Below are positions 1-9,974 of a stretch of 64,000 nucleotides of DNA, piece by piece. Position 1 is the stretch's first letter. Each line of letters opens with the position of its first letter. Origin of the DNA: Candidatus Latescibacterota bacterium (GTDB lineage: Bacteria > Latescibacterota > UBA2968 > UBA8231); NCBI GenBank assembly GCA_965242865.1, contig CBDETK010000013.1, positions 1,056,001 through 1,120,000 on the forward strand, read 5' to 3'. The notes beneath the pieces are model-generated. The model ran no database searches, had not been told where the DNA came from, and was given only the letters and a program-made list of their open reading frames with translations. The position numbers and the translations under genes are program-made.

Positions 1-237
1 TTTACCCCTCGCCGATTCGAGCCATGCAGGGTCTTTTTTGAGCTGCTTGACCTTCTCAAATTCGTAATATCCCCCTGGATTGTCGGCGTCGGCCGCGCGA
101 ATGCCGTCTGTTAGGGGTGGCAATCCGCCCGCAGCCAACATCTTCATCAGCATTGAGGTTCCAGAACGGGGGAGACCAGACACAATGGTTATGTACTCGT
201 CCGGCCTAGGTGAAAGGAAAGCAGGATAGGAATGCAA
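1..237 (-). CDS. Sulfotransferase family protein, 5' part (runs off window start)
   Basis: Manual minus-strand translation gives ...[24 protein letters not shown]...[13 protein letters not shown], with the PAPS-binding PRSGTS loop. The TTG start at 237 is tentative. Confidence 0.75.
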   Translation of the reverse strand, partial: MHSYPAFLSPRPDEYITIVSGLPRSGTSMLMKMLAAGGLPPLTDGIRAADADNPGGYYEFEKVKQLKKDPAWLESARGK

Positions 238-243
238 AGCAGA

Positions 244-289
244 GAAAACTGACACACGCTCCCAAAGCCTAGCTTCGGAAGCGTGTGTC
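244..289 (-). terminator. Rho-independent terminator after the autotransporter gene
   Basis: Minus strand reads GACACACGCTTCCGAAGC...GCTTTGGGAGCGTGTGTC followed by AGTTTTC, about 27 nt past the stop at 316. Confidence 0.7.
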
Positions 290-315
290 GTCTTGTGCTG
301 CATGTATGAACGAAC

Positions 316-3300
316 TTAAAAGACTAGACGCCCACGCAACAGGAGGCCATGCTCGGCAGCACCGGCCACGCGCTGCCAGCGCGTACTCTCAAGGCTCACC
401 GACATCGACGAATCCACCTCAAAGCGCGTACCTAGGCGCAATTGCATTCGCTCTGGTGCTTGGGTCATGCCGCTGTACACAGTGTACAATCCGCGACCAC
501 CGGGCGCAGCTAGACCATAGCCGACCTCGGCTCGGAGCTGGCCTTGCGTGTTCACAGTACCCCGCTCCGTCAACTCGGCTACGCTGCGCTCCCACAGCGT
601 CAGGCTATTGGCCTGCGTGCCGTAGGTCGGCATCAGCCGCATCGACAGCCCTCGGCCATCAGTGCCTGATGCGCGTTGGATTAGCAGATGCGCCCCCCAC
701 TCGTTGTAGTCCCCTGGAGGAGCAACCAGACTCCGCGCCATAGCTTCGAGTGTGAAGCCGCTTCCCTCAAAACGCAGGCCACCGCCAACTTCCACGCCGG
801 CCCCAGTCTCTCCATCGCCGCCATCTTGGCGCAGAGCGACCTCTAGCTGGGGTGTCACCTGCCCATCCATGCCCATCTCGTACGCATGCGAGCCTTTAAG
901 CGCCAGCCTCAAGCGGTTGGCATTCACTGTCTGCTCGGCAATCCGGCCATCGCCCTTGACGTCGACTTGTGCGACTGTAGCCGCGCCTTTGACCCGCAAC
1001 CGAGTCGGCCCGCTGTCGAGCAAATCACCGCTAGCCCCTACACTTGCGGTCCTCAGCGCCGTGTCGCTCGACTGCTGGCCTATGGTCCCTTGCTCGTCGT
1101 CAATCTCGAGGTCGCCTCGTCCCAAGCCCGCTGTCAACCATACCCCCAACCGCCCGGGCGAGAACCCGATGTAAGGATGTAGGCTCAACATGCGGGTCGT
1201 ATAAGTACCATCGACTCGCTCTTCACCGAGCAAGGGAGCGGTATAATCAAACGATCCTTGCGCCCACGATAGAGCCAAGCCGGTTAGCATCTCGGCACCA
1301 GGCCGGGCGTCCAAACCAATCTGAGCACGGGTTAGATTGCCGTCCCAATCCAGCGAACCGTCGTCGCTAGATAATTTGCCGTAGTCTCCTCGGCCCCAAA
1401 ATGCAGGGCTACCGGGACAGACAATGCAGCCTCTACCGAAACCAAACGGCACTGCAAAGGACGAGCCATTCATAACCTGTGATAGACTGACCGGGCTGTT
1501 TTCAAAGATCCGGCCGGATTGAATCATGTCGTGGAGGGTGGACTCGGCGGCAAAGCGAAAAGAACCGCTCCCATCGCCAACTCTACCTATCTGCTCAAGG
1601 CGATTTTCGATGGCGCGATTCGTTCCATCGGCAATGGCCAATGCGTACTTGGACAGGATCTGGTCGTTGAGCTCGGCAAAACGGTCCGTAGCCGATTCTT
1701 CCACTCGGACCTCGAAGCTGAGGATGGCTGCGTCCTCAGCGGTCGTATTGTCGTCGGCGTCGTGGGCCGTATAAGTCAACGTGTACGTTCCGACTTCCGT
1801 CGGTGTGCCCGAAAGCATCGGCGACATGGGGTTGGGGTCAAACGTCAGACCCGGCGGCACATTATCTAGGGTATAGGTCAACTCGCCGGACTCGCCGTTG
1901 CCGTCTGGACTTAGCGAGAGCAAGTTGCCGCCTGAAGCCAAGGGCAACACCAAGCCTTCAATCGCCTCGCCTTCTATGTACGTCTGGTTGGCCACGGTCC
2001 CGCTAAAGCTGGGCGCGCCATCTATCGTTAGGTGAAAGGTCAATTCAGCCGAATCGCCATCCACATCCGCCACCCGGTAAACCAAGCGGTACACCCCTGT
2101 GTCCGTCGGCGTACCCGAAAGCGTCCGCGACGCAGCGTCGAAGCTCAGACCCGGCACGTTTAGAGCTAAACTATATGTCAACTCGCCGTTGCCGCCCAAA
2201 GCCGCCGGCAATTCCCACGGATCCATCGCCTCATTTTGACGCAAGATTCGATCCTCGATGGTCGTATCAAAGGCCGGTGTACCGTCAACTTTCAGGGAGA
2301 AGGTCACCTCGACCGAATCGCCGTCGCTATCCTCCGCCCGGTAGGTCAACTCATAGGTCTCGGCTTTGGTCGGCGTACCCGAAAGCGTCCGCGACGAGGC
2401 ATCAAATGTCAGCCCCGGCACCTCCGGCGACAGGCTATACGTCAACTCGCCGTTGCCGCCCAAAGCCGCCGGCAACTCCAACGGGGCCATCTCCTCCCCT
2501 TCGGCAATGGTCTGATTCGTAATAGTCCCCGCAAAGCTGGGCATACCGTTCACCGCAATGGTAAAGCTCAACTCCGCTGAATCGCTATCGACATCCGCCA
2601 CCCGATATGTCAACGCATAGCCCTCGGCAGAATACAACACATTAGGCGGCGGCGTACCCGCAATCGTCTGAGCCGTGGGATCAAACACCAAGCCCGGAGG
2701 TAATTCCCCTGCCAAGCTATACGTCAACGCCACATTCCCACCCAAAGCCGCCGGCAGAGCTAAACTCACCTCGTCGCCAGCCGTGTACATCTGATCCTCC
2801 ACGACCTGAGCATCGAAGCTGGGCATACCTTTCACCGCAATGGTGAAGCTCAACTCCGTCGAATCGCCATCCACATCCACCACCCGATACGTCAACACAC
2901 ATCCTTCGACATACAACGCATCCTTCGGCAGCGTACCCGCAATCGTCTGAGCCGTGGGATCAAACGCCAAGCCCGGAGGTAATTCCCCTGCCAAGCTATA
3001 CGTCAACGCCACATTCCCACCCGAAGCCATCGGCAGGGCTAAGCTGACCTCGTCTCCAGCCGTGTACATCTGGTCTTCTACGACCTGAGCACCGAAGCTG
3101 GGCATGCCAGCCACCACAATGGTAAAACTCAACTCGGCTGAATCGCCATCCACATCCGCCACTCCATACGTCAACCCATACCCCTCGGCATACAAAAGAT
3201 CCGCCGACAGATCGCCCGAAAGCGTCCGAGACGAGGCATCAAACGCCAGCCCCGGAGGCAACTCCCCCGTCAAACTATACGTCAACGACCCGTTACCGCC

Positions 3301-6300
3301 CGAAGCCGAGGGCAGCACCCAATCCCCTATCGACGACCCGGCAGCGAAGGTAATTTGATCCGCCACAGTTTCGTCGAAGCTGGGCATGCCAGCGACTGCA
3401 ATGGTAAAGCTCAACTCGGCCGAATCGCCATCCACATCCGCCACCCCATACGTCAACCCATACCCCTCGGCATACAACGCATCCAACGGCAGCGCACCCG
3501 AAAGCATCTGAGACGAGGCATCAAACGTCAGACCCGGAGGTAACTCCCCTGCCAAGCTATACGTCAACGCCACATTCCCACCCGAAGCCACCGGCAGAGC
3601 TAAACTCACCTCGTCGCCAGCCGTGTACATCTGATCGTCCACGACTTGGTCGCCGAAGCTGGGCATGCCAGCGACCACAATGGTGAAGCTCAACTCGGCT
3701 GAATCGCCATCCACATCCGCCACCCCATACATCAAATCATACCCCTCGGCATACAAAAGATCCGACGGCAGCGCACCCGAAAGCATCTGAGCCGTGGGAT
3801 CAAACGTCAGACCCGCAGGCAACTCACCCGTCAAACTATACGCCAACGACCCGTTACCGCCGGCCGCCATCGGCAGGGCTAAACTCACCTCGTCGCCAGC
3901 CGTGTACATCTGATCCTCCACGACCTGAGCACCGAAGCTGGGCATGCCAGCGACCACAATGGTGAAGCTCAACTCGGCTGAATCGCCATCCACATCCGCC
4001 ACTCCATACGTCAACCCATACCCCTCGGCATACAAAAGATCCGCCGACAGATCGCCCGAAAGCGTCCGAGACGAGGCATCAAACGCCAGCCCCGGAGGCA
4101 ACTCCCCCGTCAAACTATACGTCAACGACCCGTTACCGCCCGAAGCCGAGGGCAGCACCCAATCCCCTATCGACGACCCGGCAGCGAAGGTAATTTGATC
4201 CGCCACAGTTTCGTCGAAGCTGGGCATGCCAGCGACTGCAATGGTAAAGCTCAACTCGGCCGAATCGCCATCCACATCCGCCACCCCATACGTCAACCCA
4301 TACCCCTCGGCATACAACGCATCCAACGGCAGCGCACCCGAAAGCATCTGAGACGAGGCATCAAACGTCAGACCCGGAGGTAACTCCCCTGCCAAGCTAT
4401 ACGTCAACGCCACATTCCCACCCGAAGCCGCCGGCAGAGCTAAGCTGACCTCGTCGCCAGCCATGTACATCTGATCGTCCACGACTTGAGCACCGAAGCT
4501 GGGCATGCCGTTCACCGCAATGGTGAAGCTCAACTCGGCTGAATCGCCATCCACATCCGCCACCCGATACGTCAACGCATACCCCTCGGCAGCATACAAC
4601 ACATCCGTCGGCAGACCGCCCGAAAGCGTCTGAGACTCCGCATCAAACGCCAGACCCGGAGGCAATGCCCCCGCCAAGCTATACGACAACGCCACATTCC
4701 CACCCAAAGCCGCCGGCAGAGCTAAGTCCACTCCATCACCCGCGGTGTACATCTGGTCTTCTACGACTTGATCGCCGAAGCTAGGCATACCATTCACTAC
4801 TATCGTGAAGTCCAAAGTAGCTTCATCCCCGTCCGCATCGTTCACCATCAACGTCAATGAATATTCGGCTTGGTATAACCTATAAAGTGACGGCGTACCC
4901 GATAGTGTTCGAGTCGCGGCATCAAACTTTAGAAAACTCAGCTCCGACATCTGGTTACCGCGCAAGCTATACGTCAACTCGACATTGCCGCCATCCGCAT
5001 CCGGCAAAGTCAAGCTCATCTCCGCGCCTGCCGGATACGATGGCTTAGCGTCCACGGTCTTGTCGTCGCCGAAGCTGGGCATGCCATCCACCACTATCGT
5101 GAAGGGTAACTCAGCCGAATCGCCATCACCATCCCACACCTCCAACGTCAACTCATATTTATCGTCGTACACCACATCAGCAGGCGGCGTACCCGAAATC
5201 GTCCGCTTAGCGGGATCGTCATCAAACTCCAGACCCGGCGGCAGTTCCCCTTTCAGGCGATACTCCCATATCACATTCCCACCTGTCGGCTCCGGCAAAG
5301 TCAAGCTCATTGCCACGTCCGTCTGATACGGATCCTGCAGTCCATCCACGGTCTTGCCATCGAAGCTGGGCATGCCATCCACCACTATCGCAAAGCTCAA
5401 CACCGCATCATCGCCATCGGAATCCACCACCCGATAGGTGAACGCATATGACTCAGCATACACCACATCAGCAGGCGGCGTACCCGAAATCGTCCGAGAC
5501 CCAGCATCAAATACCAGACCCTCAGGCAACTCCCCGTCCAAGCTATACGTCAACGCTACATTCCCACCGACCGCCGCCGGCAGATCCAATTTTATCTCAT
5601 TGCCCGCTGTATATAGCTGGTCTTCCACAACCTGATCGCCGAAGCTGGGCATAGCAACCACCACAATCGTGAAGGTCAACTCAGCCGAATCGCCATCGGA
5701 ATCCACCACCCGATAGGTAAACGCATATGACTCAGCATACACCACATCAGCAGGCGGCGTACCCGAAATCGTCCGAGACCCAGCATCAAACACCAGACCC
5801 TCAGGCAACTCCCCATCCAAGCTATACGTCAGAGCGTCGATAGACCGACCCTCAGGCAACTCCCAAGGCTGTTTTATCTCTTCGCCTGCAGTAAAGGTTG
5901 TTTGACGCGCAGCGACCGCCGCAAAGGTAAGCTCCACCGAGATCGTAAAAGTCAATTCCTCCGCGTCGCTCTCCTCCATATTGGTATCGGAATCTTCTAC
6001 CCGGTAGGTCATTTCATACGTCCCAGCTACGGTCGGCGTACCCGAAAGCGTCCGCGACCCAGCATCAAACGTCAGCCCTGGCACTTCCGGTGACAAGCTA
6101 TATCTCGGAGGTGCCTCATGCTCGCCCACCAAAGCCTGAGGTAACTCCAGAACTCCTATCTCCTCGCCTGTCCGGTACGACTGAGCAGCAACCGTTGCCC
6201 CCTCAAAGCTCGGCATCGTATCGACTTCTATCTCGAATGTCAACGTGGCCGTATCGCCATCGGCATCCGTCGCCTCGTAAGTCATCAGGGAAATAGCCAC

Positions 6301-6891
6301 TTCCGAAGGCGTACCTGAAAGCGTCCGCGACGCCGCGTCAAACGTCAGACCCGGCGGCACAGGCCTTAAATTATATGTCAAATCGCCGTTACCACTTGAA
6401 GCCGCAGGCAACGCCAGAGCCTCTATTGCTACCCCGGCCGAGAACATCTGATCGGCAACCGTCGTACCGTCAAAGCTCGGAGCTACATCCTCCTCCTCTA
6501 CTGAAACATTGAATGTCAACATGACCGTAGCACCGTCGGCATCCGTCACTTCGTAGGTCATCAAGTAAAAGACCTTTTCCGGGAAGACGACAACATCCGA
6601 AGGCGTACCCAAAAGCGTCCGAGACCCGGCATCAAATGTCAAACCCGGCACCTCTGGCGACAGGCTATACGTAAGCTCGCCATTGCCTCCCGAAGCCGCA
6701 GGTAACTCCAGAGCCTCTATCGCCACCCCAGCCTCGTACACCTGATTGGCAACCGTCGCACCGTCAAAGCTCGGCGTATCCTGGGCCTCAGCCACCGGGA
6801 CCAACACCAAGGTGGCCGCCAGAAAGAAGATACTCAGGCAGAACAGCGATCTATTCCAAACAAGTCTGTTACTAACTGCACACCCGCTCAT
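316..6891 (-). CDS. Giant surface protein: signal peptide, ~18 putative Ig (He_PIG-like) repeats, C-terminal autotransporter-type beta-barrel
   Basis: 2191-aa ORF with ~93-aa repeats (LP.ASGGNG.LTYSL...PGL.FD...RTLSGTP...Y.V.D.DGD), an alpha-helical linker and a barrel-like C-terminus ending in F. Confidence 0.85.
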   Translation of the reverse strand: MSGCAVSNRLVWNRSLFCLSIFFLAATLVLVPVAEAQDTPSFDGATVANQVYEAGVAIEALELPAASGGNGELTYSLSPEVPGLTFDAGSRTLLGTPSDVVVFPEKVFYLMTYEVTDADGATVMLTFNVSVEEEDVAPSFDGTTVADQMFSAGVAIEALALPAASSGNGDLTYNLRPVPPGLTFDAASRTLSGTPSEVAISLMTYEATDADGDTATLTFEIEVDTMPSFEGATVAAQSYRTGEEIGVLELPQALVGEHEAPPRYSLSPEVPGLTFDAGSRTLSGTPTVAGTYEMTYRVEDSDTNMEESDAEELTFTISVELTFAAVAARQTTFTAGEEIKQPWELPEGRSIDALTYSLDGELPEGLVFDAGSRTISGTPPADVVYAESYAFTYRVVDSDGDSAELTFTIVVVAMPSFGDQVVEDQLYTAGNEIKLDLPAAVGGNVALTYSLDGELPEGLVFDAGSRTISGTPPADVVYAESYAFTYRVVDSDGDDAVLSFAIVVDGMPSFDGKTVDGLQDPYQTDVAMSLTLPEPTGGNVIWEYRLKGELPPGLEFDDDPAKRTISGTPPADVVYDDKYELTLEVWDGDGDSAELPFTIVVDGMPSFGDDKTVDAKPSYPAGAEMSLTLPDADGGNVELTYSLRGNQMSELSFLKFDAATRTLSGTPSLYRLYQAEYSLTLMVNDADGDEATLDFTIVVNGMPSFGDQVVEDQMYTAGDGVDLALPAALGGNVALSYSLAGALPPGLAFDAESQTLSGGLPTDVLYAAEGYALTYRVADVDGDSAELSFTIAVNGMPSFGAQVVDDQMYMAGDEVSLALPAASGGNVALTYSLAGELPPGLTFDASSQMLSGALPLDALYAEGYGLTYGVADVDGDSAELSFTIAVAGMPSFDETVADQITFAAGSSIGDWVLPSASGGNGSLTYSLTGELPPGLAFDASSRTLSGDLSADLLYAEGYGLTYGVADVDGDSAELSFTIVVAGMPSFGAQVVEDQMYTAGDEVSLALPMAAGGNGSLAYSLTGELPAGLTFDPTAQMLSGALPSDLLYAEGYDLMYGVADVDGDSAELSFTIVVAGMPSFGDQVVDDQMYTAGDEVSLALPVASGGNVALTYSLAGELPPGLTFDASSQMLSGALPLDALYAEGYGLTYGVADVDGDSAELSFTIAVAGMPSFDETVADQITFAAGSSIGDWVLPSASGGNGSLTYSLTGELPPGLAFDASSRTLSGDLSADLLYAEGYGLTYGVADVDGDSAELSFTIVVAGMPSFGAQVVEDQMYTAGDEVSLALPMASGGNVALTYSLAGELPPGLAFDPTAQTIAGTLPKDALYVEGCVLTYRVVDVDGDSTELSFTIAVKGMPSFDAQVVEDQMYTAGDEVSLALPAALGGNVALTYSLAGELPPGLVFDPTAQTIAGTPPPNVLYSAEGYALTYRVADVDSDSAELSFTIAVNGMPSFAGTITNQTIAEGEEMAPLELPAALGGNGELTYSLSPEVPGLTFDASSRTLSGTPTKAETYELTYRAEDSDGDSVEVTFSLKVDGTPAFDTTIEDRILRQNEAMDPWELPAALGGNGELTYSLALNVPGLSFDAASRTLSGTPTDTGVYRLVYRVADVDGDSAELTFHLTIDGAPSFSGTVANQTYIEGEAIEGLVLPLASGGNLLSLSPDGNGESGELTYTLDNVPPGLTFDPNPMSPMLSGTPTEVGTYTLTYTAHDADDNTTAEDAAILSFEVRVEESATDRFAELNDQILSKYALAIADGTNRAIENRLEQIGRVGDGSGSFRFAAESTLHDMIQSGRIFENSPVSLSQVMNGSSFAVPFGFGRGCIVCPGSPAFWGRGDYGKLSSDDGSLDWDGNLTRAQIGLDARPGAEMLTGLALSWAQGSFDYTAPLLGEERVDGTYTTRMLSLHPYIGFSPGRLGVWLTAGLGRGDLEIDDEQGTIGQQSSDTALRTASVGASGDLLDSGPTRLRVKGAATVAQVDVKGDGRIAEQTVNANRLRLALKGSHAYEMGMDGQVTPQLEVALRQDGGDGETGAGVEVGGGLRFEGSGFTLEAMARSLVAPPGDYNEWGAHLLIQRASGTDGRGLSMRLMPTYGTQANSLTLWERSVAELTERGTVNTQGQLRAEVGYGLAAPGGRGLYTVYSGMTQAPERMQLRLGTRFEVDSSMSVSLESTRWQRVAGAAEHGLLLRGRLVF
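3030..4505. repeat. Near-identical intragenic duplication with 840-bp offset
   Basis: Shadow ORFs 3104-3358/3944-4198 and 3355-3543/4195-4383 translate identically. Boundaries are approximate. Confidence 0.85.
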
Positions 6892-7261
6892 AATTGACCC
6901 TCCATATAGAGATTTAAGATTTAAGTTTAGGCTAAAACCACTGTGCTAGACCACTGTGCTAGACCGCTGCCTCACCGAAATCTAGAGGAAAGGGAAAGGA
7001 CGCAAATCACCGCATTCTCGTCAACGCGGATAAATTCGTCCCTTAATACCATCACCCACCACCGCACTCGTGATATCCTTACTTCCCTAGCACCCCTTAA
7101 CAATAATAGCTTAATTGAAAAGCGTGTAAAGAAGCCTGAAATCATTTCGCGGTTCCATCCTACCATCCTAAAGTATTCAATACAAAATACGCATCTAATA
7201 CTCAGGATGCAAGAGATAGTTTCTAAACGCTATGGCCCATCAGCGCCTAGCCAGAGAACGG

Positions 7262-7735
7262 TTAAGACCTTGCGAAAAGAGGAAGACCATGACGTAACTC
7301 GGCTTCCAGCTTGGAGTGACAAGAGGGGCAAACCGAAATCAGATGTTCCAGCTTATTGGCCTCTACATTGGAAAAGAAACTGCGATAGGGGATCTTGTGA
7401 TGTACGTCGAGTTGACGCCCTAATTCCTCTTCGCTGACCCCGCATACCTGGCAGATAAAGCCATCGCGCGTCCGCGCCTTTAGCGCTTGGAGTGCCCAAT
7501 TGGCCCCTCGCTGTTTGGAGGGCTCCCCCAAGCAAACCTCGAGCGAAGGCATCTCCTCTGTCCAAGCCCGGCGACAGGACGCATTGCAAAAATGCAACTG
7601 CGCTTGGTCCGCATACCAAGCCGGGATCTCAAGCTCTAGCCGACAGTATGCACAGTGCGTGGCAATCTGCTCGTTGCCGCTAGCAGAGCATTGATCGCCA
7701 AAATCAAACCCCATCTGATCACTAGACGGAGACAT
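7262..7735 (-). CDS. HNH endonuclease with N-terminal Cys cluster
   Basis: RDGFICQVCG...LDVHHK...N...LISVCPSCH HNH motif; N-terminal CAYC...FCNASC. Confidence 0.8.
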   Translation of the reverse strand: MSPSSDQMGFDFGDQCSASGNEQIATHCAYCRLELEIPAWYADQAQLHFCNASCRRAWTEEMPSLEVCLGEPSKQRGANWALQALKARTRDGFICQVCGVSEEELGRQLDVHHKIPYRSFFSNVEANKLEHLISVCPSCHSKLEAELRHGLPLFARS

Positions 7736-7840
7736 GATAGACCGCAGGGCTAATTTTATAGGTGATTCCGGTCTGTTCTGGCCTCATCGCTCGCCTCTTC
7801 GCAATATGCACAAATGGAGTCTGGTTAAGGAGACCCCATC

Positions 7841-7869
7841 TTGCCCCCTCTCCTCGTTTCATATATATT
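7841..7869 (+). promoter_or_regulatory. Putative sigma70 promoter of rpsT
   Basis: TTGCCC-N17-TATATT. Confidence 0.5.
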
Positions 7870-7905
7870 CAATAACTTTGATTTTATTAAAAAGGAGCGC
7901 AAAAA

Positions 7906-8160
7906 TTGCCCAAACTCAAATCAGCCAAAAAGCACCAAGCCACTAGCCTCAAAGCCTACGAGCGCAACCGTGCGCTTCGCTCGCGGATGCGGACAGCTCT
8001 TAAAAAAGTCCGTCAGGCTCCAGACAAAGCCTCGGCCGAAACCGCTCTACAGGCGGCGATCTCGACTGTTGACAGGACTACCAGCAAAGGTATTATCCAC
8101 AAAAATGCCGCCGCACGCTGCAAGTCGCGGTTGAGCCGCCTCGTGCAGACGATGGCCTAG
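7906..8160 (+). CDS. rpsT: 30S ribosomal protein S20
   Basis: KSAKK...RN...RSRMRTALKK...KGIIHKNAAARCKSRL. Confidence 0.95.
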   Translation: MPKLKSAKKHQATSLKAYERNRALRSRMRTALKKVRQAPDKASAETALQAAISTVDRTTSKGIIHKNAAARCKSRLSRLVQTMA

Positions 8161-8169
8161 TATTTCTAC

Positions 8170-9087
8170 TCATTCAAAAGCACGAGTACTCAAGTAGCGC
8201 AACCCACTGTCGCAGAGGATCGTCGCGACTCGAGCCGTTGATCCAAGCTCGCGAGCGACTTGGGCGGCGATATAGGCGTTGGCTCCGGCTGAAATTCCCA
8301 CCAAAAGCCCCTCCTCTCGCGCCAAGCGGCGGGCCATTTCATAAGCGTCGTCGTCGGTAATGACCCGCACCTCGTCGACCACCTCGCGGTTGAGGACCGG
8401 CGGCACAAAACCCGCGCCGATGCCTTCTATATAACTGAAGCCAGCCTCTCCGCCTGAAAGCACCGGCGACCCAGCAGGCTCGACAGCTATGACTCGCACA
8501 GAGGCCAGAGCCTCCTTGAGCACCTCACCGACTCCAGTCAACGACCCCCCAGTACCCACACCCGCCACAAAGGCATCAATTCGGCCATCTAACTGTTCCA
8601 AAATCTCGCGGCCAGTCGTCCGACGGTGTATTTCAGGGTTCGCTGCGTTCATAAACTGCTGTGGCAAAAAGTAATCTGGATTCTCGCGCTTGAGTTCGAG
8701 TGCTTTGTCGATAGCCCCGCGCATGCCTTCGGCCGCTGGCGTCAACACAATCTCGGCGCCGTAAGCCTGCATCTGTAAGCGGCGCTCGCGGCTAGCCGTA
8801 TCGAACATGGTGACGATGAGCTTGTAGCCTTTGTAGGCAGCCACCATGGCCAAGCCAATGCCGGTATTGCCGCTGGTTGGCTCAATGATCGTGCCGCCCT
8901 CGGCCAACAGACCTTGCTCTTCAGCGGCTTCGATCATGGCCAGAGCAATGCGGTCCTTGACACTGCCCCCGGGATTGGTCGCCTCTAACTTGCCCCACAC
9001 CTCGGAGGCATCCTCCCCGACGACTCGGCTGAGGCGTACCATAGGCGTAGCCCCGATTAACTCCAGCACATTGTGGGCGCGTTTCAT
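8170..9087 (-). CDS. cysK: Cysteine synthase A (PLP-dependent)
   Basis: KLEATNPGGSVKDRIA, EPTSGNTGIG, GVGTGG motifs. Confidence 0.92.
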   Translation of the reverse strand: MKRAHNVLELIGATPMVRLSRVVGEDASEVWGKLEATNPGGSVKDRIALAMIEAAEEQGLLAEGGTIIEPTSGNTGIGLAMVAAYKGYKLIVTMFDTASRERRLQMQAYGAEIVLTPAAEGMRGAIDKALELKRENPDYFLPQQFMNAANPEIHRRTTGREILEQLDGRIDAFVAGVGTGGSLTGVGEVLKEALASVRVIAVEPAGSPVLSGGEAGFSYIEGIGAGFVPPVLNREVVDEVRVITDDDAYEMARRLAREEGLLVGISAGANAYIAAQVARELGSTARVATILCDSGLRYLSTRAFE

Positions 9088-9133
9088 CCTGTACCACCCC
9101 TAACGCTAACGCCAGCCGCCTATAAGGTAAGTT

Positions 9134-9412
9134 TCAACTCCCGCCGGCAATAGCCGGGACGATCGAGACGCTGTCGCCATCGTTGAGCAGTGTGTCCTTA
9201 CCGTCGAGGAAACGGATGTCTTCGTCGTTGACGAAGATATTGACGTATCGGCGGATCTCGCCCCCTTCGTCGAGCAATTTCTCGGCCAAACCCTCGTAAG
9301 TACCTTCGAGCTCATCTACCAACTGGCTAATAGTCGCCGCCGCCAGCGCGACCTCGGCCTGATTGTGGGTCAATTTTCGCAACGGCGTAGGAATGTGAAC
9401 GGTAACCGGCAT
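9134..9412 (-). CDS. MoaD/ThiS/CysO-family ubiquitin-like sulfur carrier
   Basis: VHIPTPLRKLT...VNIFVNDEDIRFL...IVPAIAGGS; GGAG RBS before ATG 9412. Confidence 0.9.
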   Translation of the reverse strand: MPVTVHIPTPLRKLTHNQAEVALAAATISQLVDELEGTYEGLAEKLLDEGGEIRRYVNIFVNDEDIRFLDGKDTLLNDGDSVSIVPAIAGGS

Positions 9413-9479
9413 CTCATCCTCCATTTGGTTAATTTTAGAATGCGGCTCTGCCGCCGCATCCTATGTTTAGGAGCGTTTA

Positions 9480-9974
9480 CTAAACTATTTTGACGCCCAC
9501 TTCGGCGTAGCGGCTACCGTACCAAGCAAAGCATTTGTAGCCTTGCACTTGCCGCTGGCTACCCGCCTCCTCGCCGCATACTGAGAGCACCAGATAAATC
9601 GCGTCCGGATCGTCCGGATCGTCGCCGGCCTCTCGGCTGTTGAATATCCAAGTGCGCCTTTCGTCTTCGCCCGAGAAGTAAGCTGCACAATCAATATGGG
9701 AGTGGTAGTAACCCGAGACCCGGCCACCGGCCTTTTCAGCCGCCTGCTCGATGCGTAACCGCTCACCAGCGTCGATCAGATAGGCCGAGCTCGCATCGCG
9801 AGGGTAGAGCTTGGGGTCTTCTTCGTGCCGCTGCTGCTGTACATTAGTACAAGCATGGGCAGCGGTCACCCCATCCGGCACTTTCTCGACCAATAGACCA
9901 CAACACTCGTGTGGGTACTCAGCCAAGGCTTGGGCGTAAATCCGTTCAACGTCTCTGCGGGCGATGCGCAGCAT
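9480..9974 (-). CDS. M67/JAB (Mec-like) metallopeptidase
   Basis: YPHECCGLL and YHSH...YFSGED JAMM motif. Confidence 0.9.
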   Translation of the reverse strand: MLRIARRDVERIYAQALAEYPHECCGLLVEKVPDGVTAAHACTNVQQQRHEEDPKLYPRDASSAYLIDAGERLRIEQAAEKAGGRVSGYYHSHIDCAAYFSGEDERRTWIFNSREAGDDPDDPDAIYLVLSVCGEEAGSQRQVQGYKCFAWYGSRYAEVGVKIV

